DNA of 62,578 bases, taken from positions 1-62,578 of the forward strand of contig JAPLKK010000035.1 in NCBI GenBank assembly GCA_026388115.1. Reading direction: 5' to 3'. This document shows, piece after piece, positions 1 through 8,503 of this stretch. The notes beneath the pieces are model-generated. The model saw only the letters and a program-made list of their open reading frames with translations, was not told where the DNA came from and did not search any database. The position numbers were made by a program, and so were the translations under genes. Each line of letters begins with the position of its first letter. Positions within the stretch are counted from its first letter, which is position 1. The DNA comes from Elusimicrobiota bacterium. GTDB taxonomy: Bacteria; Elusimicrobiota; Elusimicrobia; UBA1565; JACRDR01.

Positions 1-1
1 G

Positions 2-277
2 ATCTTGAGGTCCGGCGACCGGCTGCTCACGCGGCTGTGGCTGCCGATCCCCTGCGCCTATGTCGTCTATGATTTCGAGCGCACTCCGTCCGTGAACGCG
101 ATCTTCCCCTACTTGGCGAAGATGGGCGTCGAATCGATCGGACGCTACGGCGGCTGGAAATACTCCTTCATGGAGGAGACCATCCTCGACGGCAAGCGCT
201 GCGCCGAGCGGTTGCTGGGCCGGGCGCAAGAGGCGGTTCTCCGGGTCCATGAGCGCGAGCTTCAGCCGCTGAAATAA
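2..277 (+). CDS. C-terminal fragment of FAD-dependent oxidoreductase (protoporphyrinogen oxidase/amine oxidase-like), 5' end outside window
   Basis: Open from window edge; C-terminal motif 'YVVYD...GRYGGWKYSFMEETILDG' typical of this family. Confidence 0.6.
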   Translation: MLRSGDRLLTRLWLPIPCAYVVYDFERTPSVNAIFPYLAKMGVESIGRYGGWKYSFMEETILDGKRCAERLLGRAQEAVLRVHERELQPLK

Positions 278-321
278 CCCCGCCGCTCGCTCGCGCCGCG
301 AGTCCTTCCAGCGGCTACAAC

Positions 322-354
322 GTCCTTCCTAGGACCCAGTCCTCCCTAGGCCCA
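322..354 (+). repeat. Imperfect 17-bp direct repeat upstream of secreted protein gene
   Basis: GTCCTTCCTAGGACCCA (322-338) followed directly by GTCCTCCCTAGGCCCA (339-354); partial third copy GTCCTTCC at 302-309. Confidence 0.6.
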
Positions 355-460
355 TTTCGGCGTATCCGGGGTCCCGCTCGGCCCGAGGAGTTGGCCGGGC
401 GTCCTGGTACCCTTTGCGTCTAGGGAGCCTCGGGCCGCTTTCGGGGCTCCCGGAGGCCGC

Positions 461-1357
461 ATGGTGAAGACCGGGGTCGTGTTCGCGTTGTTGGCCGCCC
501 TTTGCGGGACGGCGTCCGCGCAGGTCGTGAGCGATGAGGGATTCGCCGCCCAGCTGCAGGGCATCCGCGTCCAGACGGTCCGCGCCGGCGAGCGTTTCGC
601 CGCCGCGGCGGCGGCGGCCGACCAACAGGCCGCGCCGGCGCGTCTGATCGAATCGGTGCTCGTCTCCATGAATGACCAGCCGGGCACGGCCGAGCAGCTC
701 GTGGCTTGGTTGCGCGGGCATAAGGCCGTGGTCCAGTTCAGCGCCCGCGTGCAGGACGCCAGCGCGCATGACTGGCTGGGCGACTTCACGGCTGAGCCGA
801 AAACACCGGCCGTGTACCTCAGCCCGAAGGCGAGGGAGCCCGTCTCGCACCGCTACCTCGCCGTCCTCATCGCGCGAGAGGCCGCAGAGCTGATGCTCAA
901 GGACTTTCCGGAGTCCGCCGAAAAGCGGTACGTCGTCTCCAGCCGAATGGGAGAGACCTTCTTCGAGCTGGGCGGCACCCGCCTGACGATGTCGAATATC
1001 GACGGGCATGCGGACCCTAAAGTCGAGACGAGCATCCGGCTCTGGGTCGAGAACGACCCTTCCGGCGGCGTGAGCGTGCTGCACGGCTCCGGGAACAAGA
1101 CCCTCAAGGAGCTGCAGGACACGCTGTCGTCCGAGTACGAGCGCCTGGTGAGGCTCGAGCAAGCCATCGACCAGATGCTCAGCGTGCCGAACGACCCTAA
1201 CGCCACCTCGCTTCGGGCGGAGCTGGAGCAGACGCAGGCTAAGGCTTCCGAGACGTTGGCGAAGCTCAATGCCGTCAAGGCCGCGCAGGACCAGTTCAAG
1301 AAGTTCTCGGACGACGAGAAGACCTGGTTCTGGGAACACCACGGCTCTCTGCAGTAG
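461..1357 (+). CDS. Secreted hypothetical protein with C-terminal coiled coil
   Basis: GGAGG SD before ATG; signal peptide MVKTGVVFALLAALCGTASA; natural amino-acid composition unlike the antisense ORFs. Confidence 0.75.
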   Translation: MVKTGVVFALLAALCGTASAQVVSDEGFAAQLQGIRVQTVRAGERFAAAAAAADQQAAPARLIESVLVSMNDQPGTAEQLVAWLRGHKAVVQFSARVQDASAHDWLGDFTAEPKTPAVYLSPKAREPVSHRYLAVLIAREAAELMLKDFPESAEKRYVVSSRMGETFFELGGTRLTMSNIDGHADPKVETSIRLWVENDPSGGVSVLHGSGNKTLKELQDTLSSEYERLVRLEQAIDQMLSVPNDPNATSLRAELEQTQAKASETLAKLNAVKAAQDQFKKFSDDEKTWFWEHHGSLQ

Positions 1358-1437
1358 AGCCGAGCATAGCGCCGGCGCGGTTGATTTTCGGCATGCTATG
1401 ATATCGGTGCGCCGGCTCCGCGCGAGCGCGGCGAACC

Positions 1438-2478
1438 ATGGCTGACAACGAGCATCTGGTGGACGGAAAGTATGCCATCGGGGACCTGGTGGATCTCTGC
1501 CGGCTCCAGGACGTCTTCGAGAAGTTCACGCTGGCGACCGGGTACACCATCGGGTTCCTGGATCATCCGGGTTTGAACATCCTTGCGGCGACGGGCTGGC
1601 GGGACATCTGTACGGAGTTCCACCGAGCCTGTCCCGCGTCGGCGGAGGTGTGCCGGAAGAGCAACGAGCATCTCCTCGAGGACCTGAACCAGCCGGGCGA
1701 GGTCGTCGTCGAGGAGTGCGAGCACGGGCTCGTGGACTGCGCGACCCCGATCATCATCAAGGGCAAACACGTCGCCAGCCTCGCCACCGGGCAGCTGCTG
1801 CTGCGCCCTCCCGACGACGAGCGCTTCAAGGGCCAGGCCCGCCGTTTCGGCTACGACAAGGAGAAATACCTCCGGGCTTTGTCGGAGGTCCCGGTGGTTT
1901 CCGCCGAGAAGCTGAAGGCCGTCACCGCTTTTCTCGGTGCGCTCGCGGGGATGATCTCTGAGCAGGGCTACGCGAGCCTGGCGGCGATGGCACGGGCAAA
2001 GGAGAGCCTGGATCGGGAGAGCGCCGAGCGGCGGAAGGCTGAGCAGCGGGCCGAACAGCTCAACAACGAGCTGCTCGTCTACTCGGCCCAGCTCGCCGAA
2101 TCCCGCGATTTCTTGTCGAGCATCATCGATTCCGTCGCGGACCCCATCTTCGTCAAGGACCGCCTCCACCGTTGGGTCCTGCTCAACAAGGCGTACTGCG
2201 AATTCATGGGATACACCCGCGAGGAGCTGATCGGCAAGAGCGATACCGATTTCTTCCCGAAGGAGGAGGCCGAGGTCTTCTGGGCGAAGGACGAGGAGGT
2301 CTTCAAGAGCGGCAAGACCAACGTCAACGAGGAGAAATTCACCGATTCCAAGGGGCGCCTCCACGTGATCGTGACCAAGAAGGAGCTGTATCGCGACGCG
2401 GAGGGCAAGGAATTCATCGTGGGCGTCATCCGCGACGTCACCGGCAGCAAGAGGGTTGAGGCAGGGCGCGTCAGCTAG
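1438..2478 (+). CDS. PocR sensory domain + coiled coil + PAS domain protein with no output domain
   Basis: PocR motifs 'DICTEFHR..C.KSN', 'CEHGLVDCATPIII.G.HVASLATGQ'; PAS 'DPIFVKDRLHRWVLLNKAYCEFMG...IRDVT'. Confidence 0.85.
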   Translation: MADNEHLVDGKYAIGDLVDLCRLQDVFEKFTLATGYTIGFLDHPGLNILAATGWRDICTEFHRACPASAEVCRKSNEHLLEDLNQPGEVVVEECEHGLVDCATPIIIKGKHVASLATGQLLLRPPDDERFKGQARRFGYDKEKYLRALSEVPVVSAEKLKAVTAFLGALAGMISEQGYASLAAMARAKESLDRESAERRKAEQRAEQLNNELLVYSAQLAESRDFLSSIIDSVADPIFVKDRLHRWVLLNKAYCEFMGYTREELIGKSDTDFFPKEEAEVFWAKDEEVFKSGKTNVNEEKFTDSKGRLHVIVTKKELYRDAEGKEFIVGVIRDVTGSKRVEAGRVS

Positions 2479-4075
2479 ACAGGCTCGAGCCGACGATCTT
2501 GACCGGAATCTCCGTCCCCGGGGCGGCCGGGATCATCAGCACGTCGTCCCCATCGAGGCGGAGCGCCGAGACCCCTTCGGGAACCTCGAAATCGACGTAA
2601 TGCGGGACCTCCCAATTCATCACGCGGGGCTCGGCCGCGGAACGCGCGGGGATGGTGAAGAAGACGCCATGGAGGTCGGGGTAGATGTCCTTGATGAAAG
2701 CCCCGCGCCCGCCGGTGAACTCGACGTAGGGCGTCGGCCCGGCCCGGAGCAGGCCGGTGCGGACGATCATCTTGAGTGTCTCCTCGTCTTTGATCCAGTG
2801 GCGGAAAAGGCGGCCGTTGGTGTCCAGGCGCTCGACGCGGGCCGGAACGCCGGAATATTCGGTGATGGTCTTGGTGTCGGTGTTCGCCAGGACGTTCGTC
2901 GCCTTCACGCCGGACGACTTCTTTTTCAATAGCGTCGCGACGGCCTTGGCGGTGGAGCGTTGGGCCGACTCCAGCAGCTGCGTGAGGCGGCTCTTTTCGC
3001 CGACCTTGCCGTAGTCGACGATCTGGACGGGCACGACGAGGTCCGGTCCCGGCCCGCCGCGAGCGTCCAGGCCCTGGACCATGTCCCGGTAGGCGCCGGG
3101 GTCCGCGCCTCCCAGCCACTTGCGGTACATGTCGGCGACCCATCTTTGGGTGCGGGCGGGAAGCGGCACTAGGAAGATGCTGCCCTTGTCGATCTCCAGC
3201 ACGGGCAGTTTCGCCGAGACCTTCACGTCCACGTAGTGGTCGAACTCCTTGCTCGGCACGCCGACCTGCTGGCCGTCCACTCCCGGTTTGGTGAGGAACA
3301 GTCCCGTCAGGTCCTTGAAGACCTTCTTGTGGACCCCGCGGACGAGGTCCACGTACGGGAGGAAGCCGTTCCATAGCCCCCCCGACTTGAGGATCCCCGC
3401 GAGCCCCTCGGCCGTCGTGTAATGCCGGAAGACGATCGCCTCGTGCTCCACCGCCTTCACGCGTTCAGGGACGCCGGCGACATCGACCATATCCGGATGG
3501 GACTCGGTATGGCCGGGGTTCAGGAGCTTCTCGGTCAAGGGGGCGGCTTTCAGCGACTCGATCCTGGCAAGGTTCGTGTCCGCCAGCTCCGCGACCGCGT
3601 CCACGCCGCCCGCTTCCGTCTTGCCGGAGGCTTGGTCGAGGACGAGTCCGACCAGCCGCGTGAGCTTTTCCTCCGGCATCGCACGGAGCTGCTGGGGGGT
3701 GAAATCCTTCAGCGTCGCGTTGACTGCTTCGAGCGTCCTGGCGGCCGGCTCGGGGGAGGCGGGCGCGGCGACTGCCGCCTCGGCGAGTCCCGCCATGGCG
3801 GGCCGGGCTCGCTCGACCAGGACGGCGGCGCGGCCGAGGTCGCGTGCGGCGGGGACGGGGTTCAGGGTCCCGATGACCGGGGCGGGCAGGGCTGTCGGGG
3901 ATTGCGGGCCGCTCAGGGCCGGCGCCGGAGCGGCGAGGCCGGGTAGAGCCCCGAGGACCGCGCCAAGGCGCGCTAGCGGCGTCGCCGCCGCGGTCCCGGC
4001 TTGCGGGGCGGCCTCGACTTGCGCGCAGCAAGGGGTGGCCGCGCCGAGGATCAAGCACAGTACCAGCCGCTTCAT
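2471..4075 (-). CDS. Secreted protein with Ala/Pro-rich leader and two tandem ADP-ribosyltransferase-like domains (putative)
   Basis: Signal peptide; internal duplication 'GVPERV..FRHYTT..G.L..G..PYV..DLTGLFLTKP..HYVD..PVQIV' / 'GVPARV..FRHWIK..GLL..G..PYV..DLHGVFFTIP..HYVD..PVKIV'. Confidence 0.8.
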   Translation of the reverse strand: MKRLVLCLILGAATPCCAQVEAAPQAGTAAATPLARLGAVLGALPGLAAPAPALSGPQSPTALPAPVIGTLNPVPAARDLGRAAVLVERARPAMAGLAEAAVAAPASPEPAARTLEAVNATLKDFTPQQLRAMPEEKLTRLVGLVLDQASGKTEAGGVDAVAELADTNLARIESLKAAPLTEKLLNPGHTESHPDMVDVAGVPERVKAVEHEAIVFRHYTTAEGLAGILKSGGLWNGFLPYVDLVRGVHKKVFKDLTGLFLTKPGVDGQQVGVPSKEFDHYVDVKVSAKLPVLEIDKGSIFLVPLPARTQRWVADMYRKWLGGADPGAYRDMVQGLDARGGPGPDLVVPVQIVDYGKVGEKSRLTQLLESAQRSTAKAVATLLKKKSSGVKATNVLANTDTKTITEYSGVPARVERLDTNGRLFRHWIKDEETLKMIVRTGLLRAGPTPYVEFTGGRGAFIKDIYPDLHGVFFTIPARSAAEPRVMNWEVPHYVDFEVPEGVSALRLDGDDVLMIPAAPGTEIPVKIVGSSLSS

Positions 4076-4189
4076 GGCATCAGTATGGCTCCACGGCGGC
4101 TCAAACGGCAGGGGCGACGGTCCTAAGGCGGGGAGGGCCCAATGGCGGTGCCGACGGCGGCTCGCTGGGACCGGAAGGGGGGGCGCCTT

Positions 4190-4230
4190 GCTGACAAAAA
4201 ACTGTCCGAACCGGACAGTTTTTTGTCAGC
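4190..4230. promoter_or_regulatory. Perfect 19-bp inverted repeat with 3-nt loop (operator or hairpin)
   Basis: GCTGACAAAAAACTGTCCG-AAC-CGGACAGTTTTTTGTCAGC; AT-rich in a GC-rich genome; function not established. Confidence 0.7.
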
Positions 4231-4395
4231 CGCGTCAGATTCTGTCAGGAATGCCACATGCGCTGTGGCTAGACTTGATGCATGCGACATTCCGCGATTC
4301 GTCAGCGCGATATCAGCATGGCCCGAGGCGCTCGCGGACCACGCGACCGGCCCTGCCTTGCCGGCCTGGCAATCGTCGCCGCGGGATAGCGCGGT

Positions 4396-5007
4396 TTAGG
4401 GCTTCGTCGCGGAAGCCTTCGGGGCGGCGGCGGGCTTTGCCGCGGCTTCGATCTCGATCTCGATCTGGACCTCGTCGCCCAGCATCAAGCCGCCCTTGTC
4501 GAGGGCCTTGTTCCAGTTGATGCCGAAGTCCTTGCGGTCGATCTTGCCGGAGGCCGTGGCGCCGAGGTGGAGCTCGCCTTTAGGCCCGGGCCCGAGTCCG
4601 TTGAGCTCCACGTCGAGCTCGACGGGCTTGGTCACGCAGTGCATGGTCAGTTCGCCTAGGAGCTTCCCCTTGCCGTCCTTGTCCTGCGTCGCCTTCTTGC
4701 TCGCGAACTCCATCTTCGGGCACTTCTCCACGTCGAAGAAATCGCCGGAGCGCAGATGCTTGTCGCGCATGGAGTTCGCCGTGTCGATGCTCGCCGGGTC
4801 GATGGAAGCGTTCACCTTAGAGGTGGCAGGCTTGCCTTCCTCGTAATCGATGGTGCCCGAGAACTTGTCGAAGTGCCCCCGCACCTTCCCGACCAGATGC
4901 CGGATGCGGAAGCCTACGCTCGAGTGGGCCGGGTCGATCTCGAACGTCTCCGCCGCCGCGGGGGCGGCGAACGCGGCGCAAAGCAACAGGGGGATCAGTC
5001 TTTTCAT
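4396..5007 (-). CDS. yceI: YceI family periplasmic polyisoprenoid-binding protein
   Basis: 'IDPAHSSVGFRIRHL', 'SIDT.NSMRDKHLRSGDFFDVEK.P', 'IDRKDFGI.WN'; signal peptide; AGGAG SD. Confidence 0.95.
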   Translation of the reverse strand: MKRLIPLLLCAAFAAPAAAETFEIDPAHSSVGFRIRHLVGKVRGHFDKFSGTIDYEEGKPATSKVNASIDPASIDTANSMRDKHLRSGDFFDVEKCPKMEFASKKATQDKDGKGKLLGELTMHCVTKPVELDVELNGLGPGPKGELHLGATASGKIDRKDFGINWNKALDKGGLMLGDEVQIEIEIEAAAKPAAAPKASATKP

Positions 5008-5019
5008 CGGTCTCTCCTT

Positions 5020-5866
5020 TCAGCGCAAGCGCAAGCCCGCCGCCTTCATCGCCGCCGCGAGCTTGGGGCGGTTGGCCGCCGCGAGCGGCGTGAGCGGCAG
5101 GCGCAGTTCGGGCGAGCATAGGTCGAGCAGACCCGCCGCCGCCTTCACCGGGATGGGGTTGGTCTCGATGAACAGCGCCTTGATGAGCGGGAAGAGTTTC
5201 CGATGGAGCCTCTCCGCCTCGGCCGGGCGGCCCTTGAGCATCGCCGCGCACATGCGCGCCGTCTCGCGGGGGACGATGTTGGCCACCACGCTGATGACCC
5301 CTTTCGCGCCCACGGACATCATGGGGACCGTGAGCGAGTCGTCGCCGGACAAGACGGAGAAGCCGCGCTTGGCGCCGCCGACGATCTCGGAGACCTGGTC
5401 GAGCGAGCCCGACGCCTCCTTCACCGGAAGGACGTTCACCGCGGTGCGTCCCGGGATGTTGTACAGGATGACCGGCACGCGGACCGCCCGCGCCAGCTCG
5501 CGGAAATGCAGGAACAGGCCTTCTTGCGTCGGCTTGTTGTAATACGGCGCCAGCGCCAGCAGCGCGTCGGCGCCGAGCGCCGCCGCGGCCCGCGCCGTCT
5601 CGACCGCCTTCCAGGTCGCGTTGGTCCCCACGCCGGCGATGACGGGCACGCGGCCGCGCGCGACCTCCTTGGCCGCCACGATCACTCGCTTGTATTCGGC
5701 GGGCGTGAGCGTGGCCGCCTCTCCCGTCGAGCCGCAGGCGACGAGGCCGGCGGAACCGCCGCGGATGAGGCCGTCGGCGAGCCGGCGCAGCGCCTCCTCG
5801 TCGAGCACGCCGCGCGCCGCGTCTGAACGGCGTGATCATCGCGGGATAGCTTCCTTGAAACGTCAT
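5020..5866 (-). pseudogene. dapA: 4-hydroxy-tetrahydrodipicolinate synthase with frameshift and internal deletion (pseudogene or assembly error)
   Basis: N-terminus MTFQGSYPAMITPF (ATG 5866) is out of frame with the body (GSTGE, YYNKPTQEG, YNIPGRT, KEASG, TNPIPVK) because of a 7-bp tandem duplication at 5808-5821; segment between 'VNVLP' and 'VKEASG' is missing. Confidence 0.85.
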
Positions 5867-6633
5867 AGTCGCACCTCTCCGGTGAAGACGATCCGCGCCG
5901 GGCCCTCGAGCCACAGCGCTCCGCGCTCGCGGCGGACCGTCAGCGTCCCGCCGCGCGTCAAAAGGCCCAGCGGCAGGTGGGCCAGCCCTAAAGTCTCGAG
6001 CACCACGGCCGCGGCCAGGGCGCCGGTGCCGCAGGCGAGGGTCTCGCCCTCGACGCCGCGCTCGAAGGTACGCAGCGCGAAGACGCCTTCGCCGCGCCGC
6101 TCGATGAAATCGACGTTCGCTCCGGCGCGGCCCCAGGCGCGGTGGCGCCTGAGCGGCGGCGCGAAGCGCTCGACGGGAAAGCGCGAAAGGCCTTGGACGG
6201 CCACGACGGCGTGCGGCACGCCGGTGTCGATCGCGTGGACGATCCAGCGGCGGCCGGCGGCCGAAAGCTCGAGTCCGAGCCTCAGGCCGCGGGCCCGCGG
6301 CATGCGGACGCGGACGCGTCCTTCGCCCTCGACGACCGCCTCGAGGAGGCCGGCGTCGGTCTCGGGCCGAAGGCGGCGGCCCCCGCCGGTCCGGCTCAGC
6401 CACCACGCGGCGCAGCGCGTCCCGTTGCCGCAGAAGGCGCGCGAGCCGTCGGCGTTCAAATAATGCAGGCGATGGGCGCCGCCGGGGCGGCCGCGGCGCA
6501 GGAATAAGACGCCGTCGGCGCCGACGCCCTCGCGGCGGTCGCACAGGCGCCGCGCGACAGCGGGCGCGGCCCGGCCGCCGCTCTCCACCAGCACGAAGTC
6601 GTTCCCGGCGCCGCTGAGCTTCGCGAACCTCAT
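5863..6633 (-). CDS. dapF: Diaminopimelate epimerase
   Basis: 'KLSGAGNDF', 'GVGADG', 'CGNGTRC', 'TGVPH', 'GANVDF', 'ERGVEGETLACGTG'; ATGA overlap with dapA start. Confidence 0.95.
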   Translation of the reverse strand: MRFAKLSGAGNDFVLVESGGRAAPAVARRLCDRREGVGADGVLFLRRGRPGGAHRLHYLNADGSRAFCGNGTRCAAWWLSRTGGGRRLRPETDAGLLEAVVEGEGRVRVRMPRARGLRLGLELSAAGRRWIVHAIDTGVPHAVVAVQGLSRFPVERFAPPLRRHRAWGRAGANVDFIERRGEGVFALRTFERGVEGETLACGTGALAAAVVLETLGLAHLPLGLLTRGGTLTVRRERGALWLEGPARIVFTGEVRL

Positions 6634-7562
6634 CGCAGCTGCCCGAGCATCGCCTCGGCGGCGGCGGCGACGAACGGCGAGGAGCTCTGGCGCGCGGCGC
6701 GCTCGAGGTCCTTGCGCGCCGCGTCCTTGCGGCCGCGCCGCAGGGCGACCGAGGCCCGGAGCCAGAAAGCGAGGGGCTCGGCGGGCTCCAGCCGCAGCGC
6801 GACGGCGGCGTCGCCGTTGGCGGCGTCGAGGTTTCCGGACTCCAGGCGCCATAAGCCGCGCTGCAGCGCAAGCACCGTGCGCGGCCCGCCCTCCTCCTCG
6901 GCGCGCGCCAGCGCCGCGAATGCGTCGGGGGCGCGCCCGAGCCTCCACAACAGCCGCGCTTGCAGGAGCCAGGATAACGGCTCCGGGGAAAGGGCCAGCG
7001 AGCGGTCGACCGCCTCCAGCGCCTGATCCGGCTTGCGCGACTGGGCCAGCACCTCCGCGTAATCGCGCCACAGGCCCGCCTGGTCGCCGAGCGTCTTGAG
7101 CGTGGCTTCGTAATGGACGGCGGCGCGGTCGAGGAAGCCGAGCTTCGAATCGGTCTCCGCCAGCCCCAGGTGCGCCGCGGCGTTGTTGGGGTGGATGGCG
7201 AGGATGCGCTCGTACACCGGCCGGGCCTGGTCGTCGAGCCCCGCGTGATGCAGGAGGTTGCCGAGGTCGGTGAGCAGGTTGAGGTCTTTCGGGAACAGCT
7301 CGACGCCTGTCTGGTAGGTGCGCAGCGCGGCGTCGGGCTTGCCGAGGCGCTCCTGGCTCTGCCCCAACACTTCATAGGCGAGCCGCGCGTCGCGGTCGCC
7401 GAGCCGCTGGAGCTGCTCGTCGCTCAGGCGCGCGGCCGCCTCGCGGAAGCGGCCGGCGGCGTACAGCCTCTGCGCATCGCCCAGCACGGGCGAGCTGCCG
7501 GTCCGCAGCGCCGCGCACCCCGCGACCAGCAGCGCGAAGGCGGTTGCCAGGAGGCGCGTCAT
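6630..7562 (-). CDS. TPR-repeat lipoprotein
   Basis: Lipobox-like 'LLVAGC'; repeated TPR helices; ATGA overlaps at both ends. Confidence 0.85.
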   Translation of the reverse strand: MTRLLATAFALLVAGCAALRTGSSPVLGDAQRLYAAGRFREAAARLSDEQLQRLGDRDARLAYEVLGQSQERLGKPDAALRTYQTGVELFPKDLNLLTDLGNLLHHAGLDDQARPVYERILAIHPNNAAAHLGLAETDSKLGFLDRAAVHYEATLKTLGDQAGLWRDYAEVLAQSRKPDQALEAVDRSLALSPEPLSWLLQARLLWRLGRAPDAFAALARAEEEGGPRTVLALQRGLWRLESGNLDAANGDAAVALRLEPAEPLAFWLRASVALRRGRKDAARKDLERAARQSSSPFVAAAAEAMLGQLR

Positions 7563-8503
7563 CGGCCGGGACCTCCGGCGCGGTTCTTGAGGCGGGGCAG
7601 CGAGAAGAGGATGTACTTCTCCTCGATCTCATGGATGTGCCGGCGCGCCGTCGTCAAGCCTCTGTCCATGGCGTCGCCGATGCGCGCGATGTCGTAGAAC
7701 TGGATGTCGCCGACCGCAGGCTCGACGAGGGCGTCCGCATGCTTGCGCTGCTCGCGCGAGAGCAGGGCCCCCCGGATGTCGATGACCTGCTCGAGCGTGC
7801 TCAAGACGTTGGTCGGAGCGAAATGCGTGAAGTCGCCTTCGGTGACGCTCGCCAGCACCCAATCCGCGCCGAGGTAGCGCGCCACGTCGACCGGGATATA
7901 GTCGACCACGCCGCCGTCGACCAGGTACCGGTGCCGGTACAGGACCGGCTCGAAGAGGCCGGGCATGGTCATGCTCGCGCGCACGGCCGGCGCGACCGGG
8001 CCCGAACGGAAGACGATCTTCTCGCCGGTCTTCAGGTCCATCGCCACGCAGCCGAAAGGCTTGGAAAGGCGGTCGAAGGTCGTGTCGCCCACGTGCTCAC
8101 GGATCAGCGCTTCCATGTTGCCCGTGGACATGAGCTTCTCGGACAAGACGAGGCGCCATAGGTTGAAGCGGCTGTAGTCCGAGCCGCCCTGCAGGCGCAG
8201 GGTGTCGCGGATGCCCCACAAGCGCGGCAGCGGGACGCCGGCGGCATAGAAGGCGCCGAGCACGGCCCCCGCCGAGGTTCCGGCCACCACGTCCACCGGG
8301 AACTCCTCGTCCTCGAGCGCCTGGAGCACGCCTACGTGCGCCAAGCCCCGCAAGGCGCCGGCCGCGGGCCGCTGTCCCTTCGGCAGGGAGGTGACCTCGC
8401 GCCAGAGGTGGTCGCGCAAGAGAGCGTCCGACGAGGTGTCCGGCAGGGCGCGCGCCGGGGCGCAAAGGATGAGGAGCGCCGCGAAAGACAGCGCGAGGCT
8501 CAC
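7559..8503 (-). CDS. Patatin-like phospholipase (NTE/RssA type) with signal peptide
   Basis: 'GALRGLAHVGV', nucleophile GTSAG, 'LVDGG'; GTG start overlapping the TolC stop; beta-strand before the Gly-rich loop looks absent. Confidence 0.85.
   Translation of the reverse strand: MSLALSFAALLILCAPARALPDTSSDALLRDHLWREVTSLPKGQRPAAGALRGLAHVGVLQALEDEEFPVDVVAGTSAGAVLGAFYAAGVPLPRLWGIRDTLRLQGGSDYSRFNLWRLVLSEKLMSTGNMEALIREHVGDTTFDRLSKPFGCVAMDLKTGEKIVFRSGPVAPAVRASMTMPGLFEPVLYRHRYLVDGGVVDYIPVDVARYLGADWVLASVTEGDFTHFAPTNVLSTLEQVIDIRGALLSREQRKHADALVEPAVGDIQFYDIARIGDAMDRGLTTARRHIHEIEEKYILFSLPRLKNRAGGPGR

Noticed and set aside
4817-7375. 852-aa minus-strand ORF spanning TPR, dapF and dapA
   Set aside because: Off-frame read-through; only the short MTFQGSYPAMITPF part is real (dapA N-terminus).
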